Shown: positions 25,197 through 34,563, counted from the first letter of the stretch. The stretch is DNA of 47,775 bases from a virus (IMGVR_UViG_3300037445_000040:1-47775), one strand, 5' to 3'. Numbers and translations: made by a program. Notes: generated from the sequence alone by a model not told the origin.

Positions 25197-26857
25197 GCGA
25201 CGACCCGCAGGAGATCGCCGAGGCGCGGGCGAGGCAGGAGATCGCGACTAGGCTCGCGTCGCAGGCGTGGCGGCTCAACAACCTCTACTGGGTCGAGGAC
25301 GAGAACGGGAAGAAGGTCAAGTTCCGGCCGCGGTGGGAGCAGCGCGAGCTCCACAACAACCTCCACGACCTGAACGCCGTCCTCAAGTGCCGGCAGCCCG
25401 GAATCTCGACGTACTGCGCGATCCTGATGCTCGACTTCGACATCTTCACGCCGCACAAGACGAGCGGGATCATCGACAAGACGGACGAGGACGCGAAGCG
25501 CAAGCTCGACAAGATCCGCTTCGCCTACGAGCACCTCGACGACCCGGGCGACCCGCGGGACCCGTCGACGACCGCGGCGATCGGCGCGCTCATCAAGCGC
25601 TCGGTCTGGCTCGTGACGGACAACACGAAGGAGCTCGAGTGGAGCAACGGCTCGAAGGTCTGGGCCGGGACCAAGATGCGCGGCGGGACGCTCCAGTTCC
25701 TTTGGATCACGGAGCTCGGGTACACGAGCTACTACAACCCGGAGCAGGCGGAGGAGATCAAGAAGGGCGCGCTGAACACGGTGCACGCCGGGAACCGGAT
25801 CATCGTCGAGTCGACGCACGAGGGCGGGAAGTTCGGCGTCTGGTACAACATCCTGAAGCTCGCGATGGAGGCGCGCGCGCCGCTGACGATCGTCGACTGG
25901 GCGTTCCACTTCTTCGCGTGGCACAAGCACAGCGCCTACTCGATCGAGCCGCCGGCGGGATGGGCGCCGGACCCCGACCACGCCGCATACTTCCGCGACC
26001 TCGAGAAGGAGGGGATCGCTCTCACCGCGGGCCAGCGGTTCTGGTACGCGAAGAAGCACGCGTCGATCGGCGAGTCGATGAAGTCCGAGTTCCCGTCGAC
26101 GCCGCAGGAGGCGTTCGAGGCCGTGATCAAGGGCGCGATCTACGGCAAGCTGATCTCGGCCTTGCGCGCGAAGAAGCGGATCGTCGACTTCGAGCACGAC
26201 CCGGCGAAGCCGCTCTACTGCTTTTGGGACATCGGCTACTCGGACTTCACCGCGATGTGGCTGATCCAGTTCTCCGGCCGCGACGTCTGCGCGCTCGCCT
26301 ACCGCTGCTCCTCGGGGCAGCTCCCAGCGTACTACGTCGGGATCGCGCGCGGGTGGGAGGACGCCTACGGGATCCCGATCGAGAAGCATTACCTGCCTCA
26401 CGACGCGGACTCGAAGGAGTTCGGGGGCAAGTCGCCGCGCGAGCACCTCGCCGCCGCCGGGCTCAAGAACGTGATCGTCGTCCCGCGTACGCCCGACCTC
26501 TGGACCGGGATCAACCACCTCCGCTCGATCCTCCCGCGGTTCGTCTTCCACCGGACGAACTGCGGGCAGGTCTGGAACCACGACGGGCGGGACATGCCGA
26601 GCGGCGTCCAGTGCCTCGAGGGCTACCACACGAAGGAGGACGCTAGCTCGGGCGTCATCCGGGAGACGCCGGTCCACGACGAGAACTCCCACGGCTGCGA
26701 CGCGCTCCGGACCTTCGCCGAGGCGGACGAGCGCGGGCTGATCCCGGGGAGCACGTCGGCGCCGCAATACACGAAGCCGCAGGTGATCCTCGCGGGCTGG
26801 AACTCGCAGCGGCCGGGTTCGCGTCTGCCGGTCCCGCGCGTGATAATGAACCGATGA
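25193..26857 (+). CDS. terL: terminase large subunit
   Basis: WRLNNLY, LKCRQPGIST, IIVEST, FWDIGYSD, HYLPHD, SHGCDALR; GTGA overlap. Confidence 0.93.
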   Translation: MSDDPQEIAEARARQEIATRLASQAWRLNNLYWVEDENGKKVKFRPRWEQRELHNNLHDLNAVLKCRQPGISTYCAILMLDFDIFTPHKTSGIIDKTDEDAKRKLDKIRFAYEHLDDPGDPRDPSTTAAIGALIKRSVWLVTDNTKELEWSNGSKVWAGTKMRGGTLQFLWITELGYTSYYNPEQAEEIKKGALNTVHAGNRIIVESTHEGGKFGVWYNILKLAMEARAPLTIVDWAFHFFAWHKHSAYSIEPPAGWAPDPDHAAYFRDLEKEGIALTAGQRFWYAKKHASIGESMKSEFPSTPQEAFEAVIKGAIYGKLISALRAKKRIVDFEHDPAKPLYCFWDIGYSDFTAMWLIQFSGRDVCALAYRCSSGQLPAYYVGIARGWEDAYGIPIEKHYLPHDADSKEFGGKSPREHLAAAGLKNVIVVPRTPDLWTGINHLRSILPRFVFHRTNCGQVWNHDGRDMPSGVQCLEGYHTKEDASSGVIRETPVHDENSHGCDALRTFAEADERGLIPGSTSAPQYTKPQVILAGWNSQRPGSRLPVPRVIMNR

Positions 26858-26967
26858 GGAGGAAGAAGACCTTGAAACTGCGATCCATCAAAAAACGTCG
26901 CGCGCCCGTGTACACCCTCGTCGGCGGACGAATCTACCGCGACGGGAAGCCCGTCCGAAAGAGATGA
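26854..26967 (+). CDS. small basic protein (37 aa)
   Basis: ATGA overlaps at both ends. Confidence 0.4.
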   Translation: MRRKKTLKLRSIKKRRAPVYTLVGGRIYRDGKPVRKR

Positions 26968-27338
26968 GCCCCTACGACAAGCTCGCGGAGGCCTACGCGC
27001 GAAACCCGCAGGCGGACTCGTTCGAGAACTACGTCCTGTGGCTCGCCCGGAGCGGGTTCGTCTTCGCGCGGCCGGACTTCTTTGCGATGGGGCGCCCCGT
27101 CGTCCGCGCGGCCGCCCGCGACCTGATCCTCGACGTCGCGCACCTCTTCCCGAGCGCGTCCTGCGACGCGTGGTTCATCCACGCCGCGGCGGGGAACATG
27201 TCCCGGATGTGGTCGATCATGCCGTGGGAGCTCGGATGGATCGGTTTCACGCGGATCAACGACCCGCTTTCGGAATTGCAATTCTTCCCGACGGAGCGCT
27301 TAAAACGCCTATGCCCGCCAGACCTCAACATCGGTTAG
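26964..27338 (+). CDS. hypothetical protein
   Basis: Aromatic-rich ORF between TerL and portal. Confidence 0.7.
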   Translation: MSPYDKLAEAYARNPQADSFENYVLWLARSGFVFARPDFFAMGRPVVRAAARDLILDVAHLFPSASCDAWFIHAAAGNMSRMWSIMPWELGWIGFTRINDPLSELQFFPTERLKRLCPPDLNIG

Positions 27339-27649
27339 CGCCGCGCCGCCAGCTCGAGCAGCAGCAGCAGGGCGGAGGCAAGACCGCCGCGCCCGTCGCG
27401 GTCGCGCCCCCGATAACGAGCGCGCCCGCGCCCGCCGTCGCCGCCCCGGCGACCGCTTCCTCGGCCGAGGTCGTGCAGGCGCAGCAGGACACCCGCCGCC
27501 AAGCGCTCAAGAAGAAGGGGTTCTCCCGGACGGTCTTCGCCGGCGACACAGGTGGCTGGTACGCGGGGAACACGACGCCCGGTCCGGCGAACCCGCAGGT
27601 GAACCCCACCGGCGGAAGCGGCCCCGGCGCGAAGACCCTCGGCAGCTGA
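27311..27649 (+). CDS. low-complexity virion protein (T7 gp7.3-like position)
   Basis: GGGK..P/A-rich...KKKGFSRTV...KTLG, immediately before the portal. Confidence 0.6.
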   Translation: MPARPQHRLAPRRQLEQQQQGGGKTAAPVAVAPPITSAPAPAVAAPATASSAEVVQAQQDTRRQALKKKGFSRTVFAGDTGGWYAGNTTPGPANPQVNPTGGSGPGAKTLGS

Positions 27650-27655
27650 CGACCG

Positions 27656-29410
27656 ATGTCCTCCGCCCCCTCAATCCTGCGCAAGGCCCCCGACGTCGGG
27701 AAGCGCGACGTCGCGAAGCACGAGATGGCACGCTTCGAGAAGCTCGAGTCGACGCGCAAGCAGGTCTTCGACTCGGTCTGGCAAACGCTCTCGCAGTACA
27801 ACCTCCCGAACCTCTCCGACATCAACGAGACGAAGACGGAGGACTCGACGGGCTGGATGGACCGAATCTTCGACACGACGGCGATCGAGGCCGCGCGGAC
27901 CTGCACGACGGGCCAGTGCAACTGGGCGATCCCCTCGGCCGAGCCGTGGTTCCAGTGGTCGCCGCCGGACGAGCTCGACCTCGACGACGACGACGAGGCG
28001 AACCGCTGGTGCGGGATTTGCACGGACATCGCGCTGAAGGAGCTCGCCCGCTCGAACTACTACCGGGTCTCCGGGATGCAGATCAAGAGCCGGACGGTCT
28101 TCGGGACGGGGCACATGCACATCGAGGAGGGGATCGATTCGCTCCTCAACTGCACGGCGCGAAAGATCGGGACCTACTGCGTCGCGCTCAACGACGACGG
28201 GATCGTCGACACGGTATACTCGAAGTTCAAGCTGACCGCGCGCGTCGCGGCCCAGAAGTTCGGCGAGGAGAACCTCGGCGGGAAGGTCAAGAAGGCGCTC
28301 GAGCAGAAGGACGGCAAGGGGCTCGACACCGAGTTCTGGTTCCTGCACGTCATCCGCCCGCGCGGCGAGATGGACCGCGACCCCCGCAAGATCGACGCCG
28401 CGAACAAGCCGATCGCGTCGCTCTACATCCAGTTCGACGACAAGTTCGTCTGCAAGGAGGGCGGCTACGACGAGATGCCCGACTCCGTCACGCGCTTCGA
28501 CGAGTGGGGCTCCGAGACGCCGTGGGGCTACTCGCCGGCCTTCGAGACGCTCCCGAACGCGAGGCAGCTGAACTACATCGTCCGGTTTCAGGACGCGCAA
28601 TACGAGCTCCGCGCCAACCCGCGCATCCTCACGCCGGCGACTCTCTTCGGCCAGATCGACCTCCGCCCGGGCGGCGTCACGCCCTACGACCCGAACGTCG
28701 CGAACGGCGCGAAGCCCGAGGAGTGGATGACGGAGGCCGACGTCCACTCGACGGAGGAGTCCGCCGAGAAGAAGCGGATGGCCGTCAACCGGCTCTACTA
28801 CGTCGACGTCTTCCGCGCGCTCGCGTCGATGATGGAGCAGTACAAGAAGCCGCCGACCGCGTACCAAGTGCAGCAGGTCCTCGGCGAGCGGCTCGAGCAG
28901 CTCTCCCCGATGTTCGGGCGCCTGATCACCGAGAAGTGCGGCCCCGACCTGAAGCGCGTCTTCGGGATTCTCTTCCGCGCCGGCAAGTTCCCGAGGGCTC
29001 CCCGATCGATGATCGTCCCGGGCCCCGACGGCCGGTCGGGTCGCCTCGCGATGCCGGAGATCACGTACACGAGCCGCCTCGCGCTCGCGCTCAAGGCGCT
29101 GCAGAACCGGGCGACCCTCGACACGTTCGAGCTCCTGACGAACGTCGCGACGAACATGCAGCGGCCGGACGTCCTCGACTCCTTCGACCTCGACCACGCG
29201 ATCCGGGGCTTCGCGATCAACCAAGGGATGAGCCCGCGCTACATCCGACCGATGCAGGACGTCCTCAAGCTCCGCAAGGCGCGCGCCGACCAGATGCAAA
29301 AGCAGCAGTCGCTCGAGGCGACGGAGAAGCTAGCCGGGGCCGCGGGGAAGCTCGGCAAGGCGCCGCAAAAGTTGCAGGACGCCGTGAGCGACCAAATCCC
29401 CGGAGCCTGA
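27656..29410 (+). CDS. portal (head-tail connector, T7 gp8-like)
   Basis: IFDTTA, VFGTG, GGYDEMP..TRF..WGYSPA, TAYQV, ITYTSRLA; size and synteny fit. Confidence 0.9.
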   Translation: MSSAPSILRKAPDVGKRDVAKHEMARFEKLESTRKQVFDSVWQTLSQYNLPNLSDINETKTEDSTGWMDRIFDTTAIEAARTCTTGQCNWAIPSAEPWFQWSPPDELDLDDDDEANRWCGICTDIALKELARSNYYRVSGMQIKSRTVFGTGHMHIEEGIDSLLNCTARKIGTYCVALNDDGIVDTVYSKFKLTARVAAQKFGEENLGGKVKKALEQKDGKGLDTEFWFLHVIRPRGEMDRDPRKIDAANKPIASLYIQFDDKFVCKEGGYDEMPDSVTRFDEWGSETPWGYSPAFETLPNARQLNYIVRFQDAQYELRANPRILTPATLFGQIDLRPGGVTPYDPNVANGAKPEEWMTEADVHSTEESAEKKRMAVNRLYYVDVFRALASMMEQYKKPPTAYQVQQVLGERLEQLSPMFGRLITEKCGPDLKRVFGILFRAGKFPRAPRSMIVPGPDGRSGRLAMPEITYTSRLALALKALQNRATLDTFELLTNVATNMQRPDVLDSFDLDHAIRGFAINQGMSPRYIRPMQDVLKLRKARADQMQKQQSLEATEKLAGAAGKLGKAPQKLQDAVSDQIPGA

Positions 29411-29414
29411 CCCG

Positions 29415-29699
29415 ATGCCCCCGCCCAAAATGACGGAGGACGAGCGGAAGAGCCTCAAGACGATCGAGGCCTTCAAGATGGTCTTCGGCGGCTCGGAGAA
29501 GACGCGCACCGAGTTCCAACGGGTCGTCTGGCGCGAGCTCGCGATCATGGGCTACGAGGAGCGGCCTGTCTTCGTCGCGGACAAGGCCGGCGCGTTGTGC
29601 CCGCTCCGCGCCGCGATGACCGACGGGCGCCGGTCGCTCTGGGCGGACATCAAGGCGAACGTCAATTTCTCGGCGCCCCGCGCGCCGGGGCAGAAGTAG
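29415..29699 (+). CDS. small post-portal protein (Bbp19-like)
   Basis: FKMVFG...VWREL...DGRRSLWADI pattern and position. Confidence 0.6.
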   Translation: MPPPKMTEDERKSLKTIEAFKMVFGGSEKTRTEFQRVVWRELAIMGYEERPVFVADKAGALCPLRAAMTDGRRSLWADIKANVNFSAPRAPGQK

Positions 29700-29733
29700 C
29701 AACAACAACGTCAGCGAGCAGGAGAACCCAACC

Positions 29734-30420
29734 ATGGCCAACAAAACCGAAGACCGCATCGTTTCGGTCTACTCGTTCATCCCCGACAAAAAGGAGATCC
29801 GCCGCAAGCGCGTGCTCGGCGAGCAACTGATCGACGAGGTCGTCGCCGCGCTCTACGACCCCGAGAAGAAGATCGTCACCTTCGCGACCGCCCGCGCCGT
29901 GAAGGACTTCAAGGAGGCCGTGATCACGTTCCTCGGCGAGAACGAGATGACCGTGATGTCCTTCCAGCGCGCGGACCTCGACCCGGACAAGCCGCTCAAC
30001 GACAAGTCGATCCCGCCGCGCCCGAAGAAGAAGAACGCCGAGGGCGACAAGACCCTCGCCGTGATCGACTGGTACTACAAATTTCGGCCGAACGAGTTCA
30101 AGACCCGCTACGGCTACCTCGGCACGTACACCGGGTACGTCCGCTTCAAGAAGCCGGTATGGGAGCCGCGCCCGATGGACAACAAGCCCGAATACCGGGG
30201 CGAGGTCTGGGTCGAGGACGAGGTCACGAACGTCATGGTCACGCTCCGCAAGACCCCGATGTCCTTCCTCCCGGAGGAGTGCGTCGGCAACGAGGACCCC
30301 GAGAAGGGCGCCCTCTCCGACCCGTGGAGCGACGACGAACCCGAGGCCCGCGAGGCCGAGGAGTCGCTGCCCAACGTGCGCGCCGGCGGTAAACGCGAGA
30401 AGGGGGTGGAGGTCGAATGA
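29734..30420 (+). CDS. hypothetical protein
   Basis: 228 aa; PPRP..GDKT..W...RY motif. Confidence 0.75.
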   Translation: MANKTEDRIVSVYSFIPDKKEIRRKRVLGEQLIDEVVAALYDPEKKIVTFATARAVKDFKEAVITFLGENEMTVMSFQRADLDPDKPLNDKSIPPRPKKKNAEGDKTLAVIDWYYKFRPNEFKTRYGYLGTYTGYVRFKKPVWEPRPMDNKPEYRGEVWVEDEVTNVMVTLRKTPMSFLPEECVGNEDPEKGALSDPWSDDEPEAREAEESLPNVRAGGKREKGVEVE

Positions 30421-31421
30421 ACGCTCCCCACTCAATTCTACGCGAAGAGGCCGGCGGAGCCGCTGGTGGCGGAGGCGGCGCGGCCGCAGCTGGGGCCGGA
30501 GCGGCAGCCGCAGGAGCGGGCCAAGCCGGAGCCGGCGGTCAAGCGGCAGCGGGAGCCGGAGCCGCCGCGGCTGGAGGCGCCGCCGGAGCTGGGGCCGCGG
30601 CAGCCGCGCCCGATCCCTTCTGGAAGGGCCTCGTCGCCGACGACGGCAAGATCGACAAGAAGGCGCTCGAGCGACTCCCGGACCACCTGAAGGGCTTCAA
30701 GGAGCTCTTCGCTCGGGCCGAGACGATCGACTCCGCCTTCACGATGTGGGGCAACGCGAACGGCCTCGCGTCGAAGAAGGCGCTCACGCCGATCGACCCG
30801 AACGCGCCCGAGCACGTGCGCGCCGAGCGGAAGGCGCTCCTCGACCAAGCGCTCAACGTACCGAAGGAGCCGAAGGGCTACGGGATCGCGCGCCCCGAGA
30901 ACTTCCCGGAGGAGCACTGGAACCAAGCCGGCGCCGACAAGATGGCGGCGATCGCGCACAAGCACTCGCTCTCGCCCGACGCGGTGAAGGAGCTCCTCGG
31001 CCTGCAGATGGAACTCACGCAGGGCGAGCTCGCGAAGGGCCAGCAGTTCGAGGCGGACTTCTACAAGGCGCAGGACGCGACCTTCGAGAGGCTCGCCCGC
31101 GAGTCCGGGATGGACGTCACGCGGGCGACCGAGCTCGCGACACGCGGCGCCCTCACGCTCAAGATCGACCCGAAGTCGCCGATCTTCAAGAACGCCGAGG
31201 TCCGCGCCGCGATGATGCGGATGACCGCGCTCGTCGCCGAGGACCGGCTCGTCAAGGGCGACGCCGCGCCCGGCGGCGGACCGAGCCCGCGGGAGCAGGC
31301 CCGCGACATCATGGGCAACCCGCAGAACCCGCTCCACAAGGCGTGGAACGACTCGACGGACCCGCGTCACGAGGAGGCGGTTGAGAAGGTCAACCAACTC
31401 TACCGGATGCACAAATCCTGA
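30417..31421 (+). CDS. capsid scaffolding protein
   Basis: Gly/Ala-rich N-terminus; PKEPKGY, AHKHSLSPD, DPRHEEAVEKVNQLY; upstream of the capsid gene. Confidence 0.75.
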   Translation: MNAPHSILREEAGGAAGGGGGAAAAGAGAAAAGAGQAGAGGQAAAGAGAAAAGGAAGAGAAAAAPDPFWKGLVADDGKIDKKALERLPDHLKGFKELFARAETIDSAFTMWGNANGLASKKALTPIDPNAPEHVRAERKALLDQALNVPKEPKGYGIARPENFPEEHWNQAGADKMAAIAHKHSLSPDAVKELLGLQMELTQGELAKGQQFEADFYKAQDATFERLARESGMDVTRATELATRGALTLKIDPKSPIFKNAEVRAAMMRMTALVAEDRLVKGDAAPGGGPSPREQARDIMGNPQNPLHKAWNDSTDPRHEEAVEKVNQLYRMHKS

Positions 31422-31426
31422 CGCCC

Positions 31427-31972
31427 ATGCTCGGCTCGAACGTCATCGAGGGCGTCTTCCGCCCGATGCAGGACTGGCTCCTGCTCGCGCCCCAAAAGCA
31501 GGCGGACACGCGGGACGGGATTCACATCCCGGACTCGGCTCAGGAGTTCGGCCCGTGCCCCGTCCGGGCGGCGGGCCCGGACTGCGGCCTCAAGGTCGGG
31601 GACGTCGTGTGGATCCAGCGCTTCGTCGAGGGCGAGTTCAAGTTCGTGCTGAACGGCGAGTCCGTCTACGCGATCCGCGAGAAGCACGTCAACGTAGTCG
31701 ACAAGGACGGCGGGCTCGTCGCGGCCGGCGATCGGATCCTCGTCAAGCGGCTGGAGACTCCCGAGCGCAAGATCGGGAAGCTCTACATCCCGCAGACCGC
31801 GGCGGAGACCACGCAGGAGTGCGAGGTTGTCTCGGTCGGCCCGAAGGGCTCGAAAGGGCTCAAGGGCGGCGAGCGCGTGATGATCTCGCGCTACACGGGC
31901 GCGGAGGTCCGGCACCCGTCGGGGAAATTCACCGTCTTGAACGAGAACGACGTCATCGGCGTGCTCGCTTGA
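31427..31972 (+). CDS. groES: tandem double-domain GroES (Cpn10x2) co-chaperonin
   Basis: FRPMQDWLL..DGIHIPDSAQE..AAGP..LKVGDVV, then GDRILVK..KLYIPQTAAE..VVSVGP..RYTGAEV..LNENDVIGVL. Confidence 0.85.
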   Translation: MLGSNVIEGVFRPMQDWLLLAPQKQADTRDGIHIPDSAQEFGPCPVRAAGPDCGLKVGDVVWIQRFVEGEFKFVLNGESVYAIREKHVNVVDKDGGLVAAGDRILVKRLETPERKIGKLYIPQTAAETTQECEVVSVGPKGSKGLKGGERVMISRYTGAEVRHPSGKFTVLNENDVIGVLA

Positions 31973-32002
31973 GGCAAAACCACCAACGAAAAGGAAAACA
32001 CA

Positions 32003-32284
32003 ATGAGCTGGAACTTCACTCACCTCGGCACTCGCAACGCGGTAGCTGAAAAGGTAAAGGCGGAATCGTACATTCCGGAGAAACTCAAGCTGGCGATCGC
32101 GGACATCGTGACCGCGCCAACCCAGCCGAACAGTCCGAAGGCGGTCCTCGTCCGATGCTCGGGCCACGTCGACTCGTACTCGGGAAGCTGCAAGCTCGAG
32201 ATCGAGTCGGCGAACCTCGTGCTCGACCCGCCCGCGGAGAACGTCGCGACGCCGGCGGAGTCGCCAACCCCGGCGACGAGTTAG
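32003..32284 (+). CDS. hypothetical protein
   Basis: 93-aa ORF with AAGGA upstream. Confidence 0.6.
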   Translation: MSWNFTHLGTRNAVAEKVKAESYIPEKLKLAIADIVTAPTQPNSPKAVLVRCSGHVDSYSGSCKLEIESANLVLDPPAENVATPAESPTPATS

Positions 32285-32309
32285 CGGTTTAGCGTAAAAC
32301 GCTATTTTA

Positions 32310-32345
32310 GGGCCCGTCCCTCGCCGAGGGGGTCGGGCTTTTTCG
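32310..32345 (+). terminator. intrinsic terminator between convergent genes
   Basis: GCCCG-TCCCTCG..GAGGGG..CGGGC stem followed by TTTTT. Confidence 0.7.
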
Positions 32346-32837
32346 TTACACCAGCAAGACCGGACCGAGGCCCGGAATGATCTTCGTCCCCTTCGACGTG
32401 TTGCAGTGAGGACACAGAAGCTGGAGATTCGCTTCGTCGTTTGTCCCTCCTTTAACCAACGGACGGATATGGTCCACGTGGTAGCCATCCGAAAGTAGCG
32501 AGGGACACATTCGGCATTTGCCGTTTTGAGCGACCAAAAGATCGGCTACGACACCAACGCGGATTTTGCCCGCTCGCCGTTCGCGATCGGCGATTCTCAC
32601 CTCGCGTCCCCTGCTCGTTTTCTTCCATCGACGAGAGTAATCGCGGTGGTATTCCAAGTAGGAGGGGTCGTGCTTTCGCTTATGATATCTCGCACGATTG
32701 TCGGCTCGGACTTTGTCCTTATTCTTAGCCTTCCATCGTTTGCAAGCGGAGCGTGCGGCAAGGTTGATCTTCGCGCGGTTCTTCGAGCGATAACGCCTCT
32801 CCCATTCCCTTCGTTGCTCTAGGCTCTTAAACGGCAT
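32346..32837 (-). CDS. free-standing HNH (homing) endonuclease, antisense orientation
   Basis: QNGKCRMC...YHVDHIRPLVKGGTNDEANLQLLCPHCNTSKG; AT-richer DNA. Confidence 0.9.
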   Translation of the reverse strand: MPFKSLEQRREWERRYRSKNRAKINLAARSACKRWKAKNKDKVRADNRARYHKRKHDPSYLEYHRDYSRRWKKTSRGREVRIADRERRAGKIRVGVVADLLVAQNGKCRMCPSLLSDGYHVDHIRPLVKGGTNDEANLQLLCPHCNTSKGTKIIPGLGPVLLV

Positions 32838-32850
32838 CTGGGGGAAATGA

Positions 32851-32880
32851 TTGACACGTAGTTTTCTCGGGTTCAAGGCT
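32851..32880 (+). promoter_or_regulatory. putative capsid promoter overlapping a divergent promoter
   Basis: TTGACA-N17-CAAGGCT on +; TTGAAC-N17-CAATCAT on - over the same bases. Confidence 0.5.
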
Positions 32881-32892
32881 TCCATCATCGAA

Positions 32893-33010
32893 GGGCGTCC
32901 AACGACAATCCGGATACCGGACGTGATCACGGACTTCGAGCGACATTCTGGACGCTCGGCCCCGCGGGATAACCCGAGCTCGTAGAATAGGCCGGCGGGC
33001 CTCTCCCGTC
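32893..33010 (+). ncRNA. candidate structured 5' leader RNA of the major capsid gene
   Basis: Several helices with A(C/U)AA bulges; see findings. Confidence 0.5.
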
Positions 33011-33042
33011 TCGTTCGGAAAAACTCTCATCCCACCACCACC

Positions 33043-33951
33043 ATGGCTGGACAAGTCTTCAGTCTCCCTCCGAATTTCCAGACCCAGTTCGACGACACGT
33101 GGATTCAGGTCATGTCCCAACAGATGGACCACCGTCTGGCCGACACCTACATCACGAAGAACGTCAAGGGTAAGGATTTTCGCTTCGACCTTTACGGGTC
33201 CCAATCGGACACCATGCGCGAAAAGACCGAGCGCGCTGGTCCGTCCCGTCCCTCCGACATCCCGACGCAACAGCGCTGGGTTCGCCCGCGTCCCTACGAG
33301 AAAGTCACGATCTACGACGAGTTCGACTCCATCGCGCTCGGCGAGCTCCCAGACCCCGAGGGTCCTGCGGTGATGACCCACGCGACCGTCGCCAACCGCA
33401 ACAAGGACATCGTGCTGATCAACGGCATGATCGGGACGAACTACACCGGCGCCACGGGCACCGGCACGGCGTCCCTCCTCGCCGCGAACCAGATCGCGGT
33501 GACGTTCGGCAACGGCGGCGTCAACATCGGCATCACGCTGAAGAAGCTGACGCAGTCGCAATACGTCCTCGACAACAACGAGGTCCCGCAGGACGACCGC
33601 TTCTTCGCCTACTCGGCGAAGCAGCTGAACAACCTGCTCACCAACGTCGACCAAGTCGCCAACTACCTCTACAACGAGGTGAAGGCGCTGATCGACGGCA
33701 AGGTCACGCGGTTCATGGGCTTCAACTTCAAGATGACGCAGCTGCTCCCGGTCACGACCGCGGGCGTCCGCACGAACATCTTCTGGCAGAAGCGCGGGAT
33801 CCGCCTCGGCTTGGGCGCTGACAAGCGCACCTACGTCGACATCCTGCCGACTCAATCGCACGCGATCCAAGTCCGCTCCGTCATGCTCCTCGACGCCACC
33901 CGGCTCGAAGAGGCGGCGGTCGGCACGGTCGCCTGCGACGAGACGGTCTAA
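33043..33951 (+). CDS. major capsid protein (HK97 fold, podovirus-type)
   Basis: F.TQF...SQQMDHRL, NRNKDIVLI, ITLKKL, KALIDGKVTRFMGFNF, ATRLEE; synteny fits. Confidence 0.88.
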   Translation: MAGQVFSLPPNFQTQFDDTWIQVMSQQMDHRLADTYITKNVKGKDFRFDLYGSQSDTMREKTERAGPSRPSDIPTQQRWVRPRPYEKVTIYDEFDSIALGELPDPEGPAVMTHATVANRNKDIVLINGMIGTNYTGATGTGTASLLAANQIAVTFGNGGVNIGITLKKLTQSQYVLDNNEVPQDDRFFAYSAKQLNNLLTNVDQVANYLYNEVKALIDGKVTRFMGFNFKMTQLLPVTTAGVRTNIFWQKRGIRLGLGADKRTYVDILPTQSHAIQVRSVMLLDATRLEEAAVGTVACDETV

Positions 33952-33993
33952 CCCGGAGCAACCAGTAACCCTCAAAAAAGGAAACAAACTACC

Positions 33994-34503
33994 ATGGCAG
34001 CTCCCACCAACATCTGGTACACGGACATCGGCGCCGTCCAAGCGGGCGGAGTGAACATCCTCGCGAACCTCGACGACCCCAACCTGACGGCAGGCCGGGT
34101 GAAGTTGATCACGGGGACGTACACGATGACCGGCAACGAGGTCGCGAACGACGCGATCTACATCGCGCGCATCCCGAGCGGGTCGCTCGTCGATCCGACC
34201 TCCGGCAACGTCGCCACGAACGGCGCGGCCACGGGCGGCTCGGCGACGCTCCTGATCGGCGACACGGACACGCAGGGCGGCACGGTCGCCTACGATCCGG
34301 CCCGCTACTCGGGGTCGATCGACGTCCACGCGGCGAACACCACGACCGGCGTCGCCTTCACGGGCGGCACGGTCATGAAGACGCCGGCGGCGCCCGAGAT
34401 CGTCGACGACTGGGTTTGGCTGATCGCTACGTTCGCGACCCTCGGCACGCCGAGCGCGAACAACAAGCTGATCTTCCGGATCCGCGTCAGCTCCCTCGAC
34501 TGA
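33994..34503 (+). CDS. capsid decoration/cement protein
   Basis: Beta-rich 169-aa ORF directly after the MCP (..IARIPSGS..LLIGD..). Confidence 0.65.
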   Translation: MAAPTNIWYTDIGAVQAGGVNILANLDDPNLTAGRVKLITGTYTMTGNEVANDAIYIARIPSGSLVDPTSGNVATNGAATGGSATLLIGDTDTQGGTVAYDPARYSGSIDVHAANTTTGVAFTGGTVMKTPAAPEIVDDWVWLIATFATLGTPSANNKLIFRIRVSSLD

Positions 34504-34563
34504 GTTCCCGACTTTCCGGGCCGCCAGTTCTCCGGCGGCTCGGAGGTTGTTGCTAGATTAAGG

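Noticed and set aside
30446-30605. GCCGGAGC-type short repeats as a CRISPR or regulatory array
   Set aside because: They encode the Gly/Ala low-complexity N-terminus of the scaffold; there are no unique spacers.
33031-33046. CCACCATGG as a eukaryotic Kozak signal
   Set aside because: Gene content, operon coupling, sigma70-like -35 boxes and intrinsic terminators are all bacterial-phage features.
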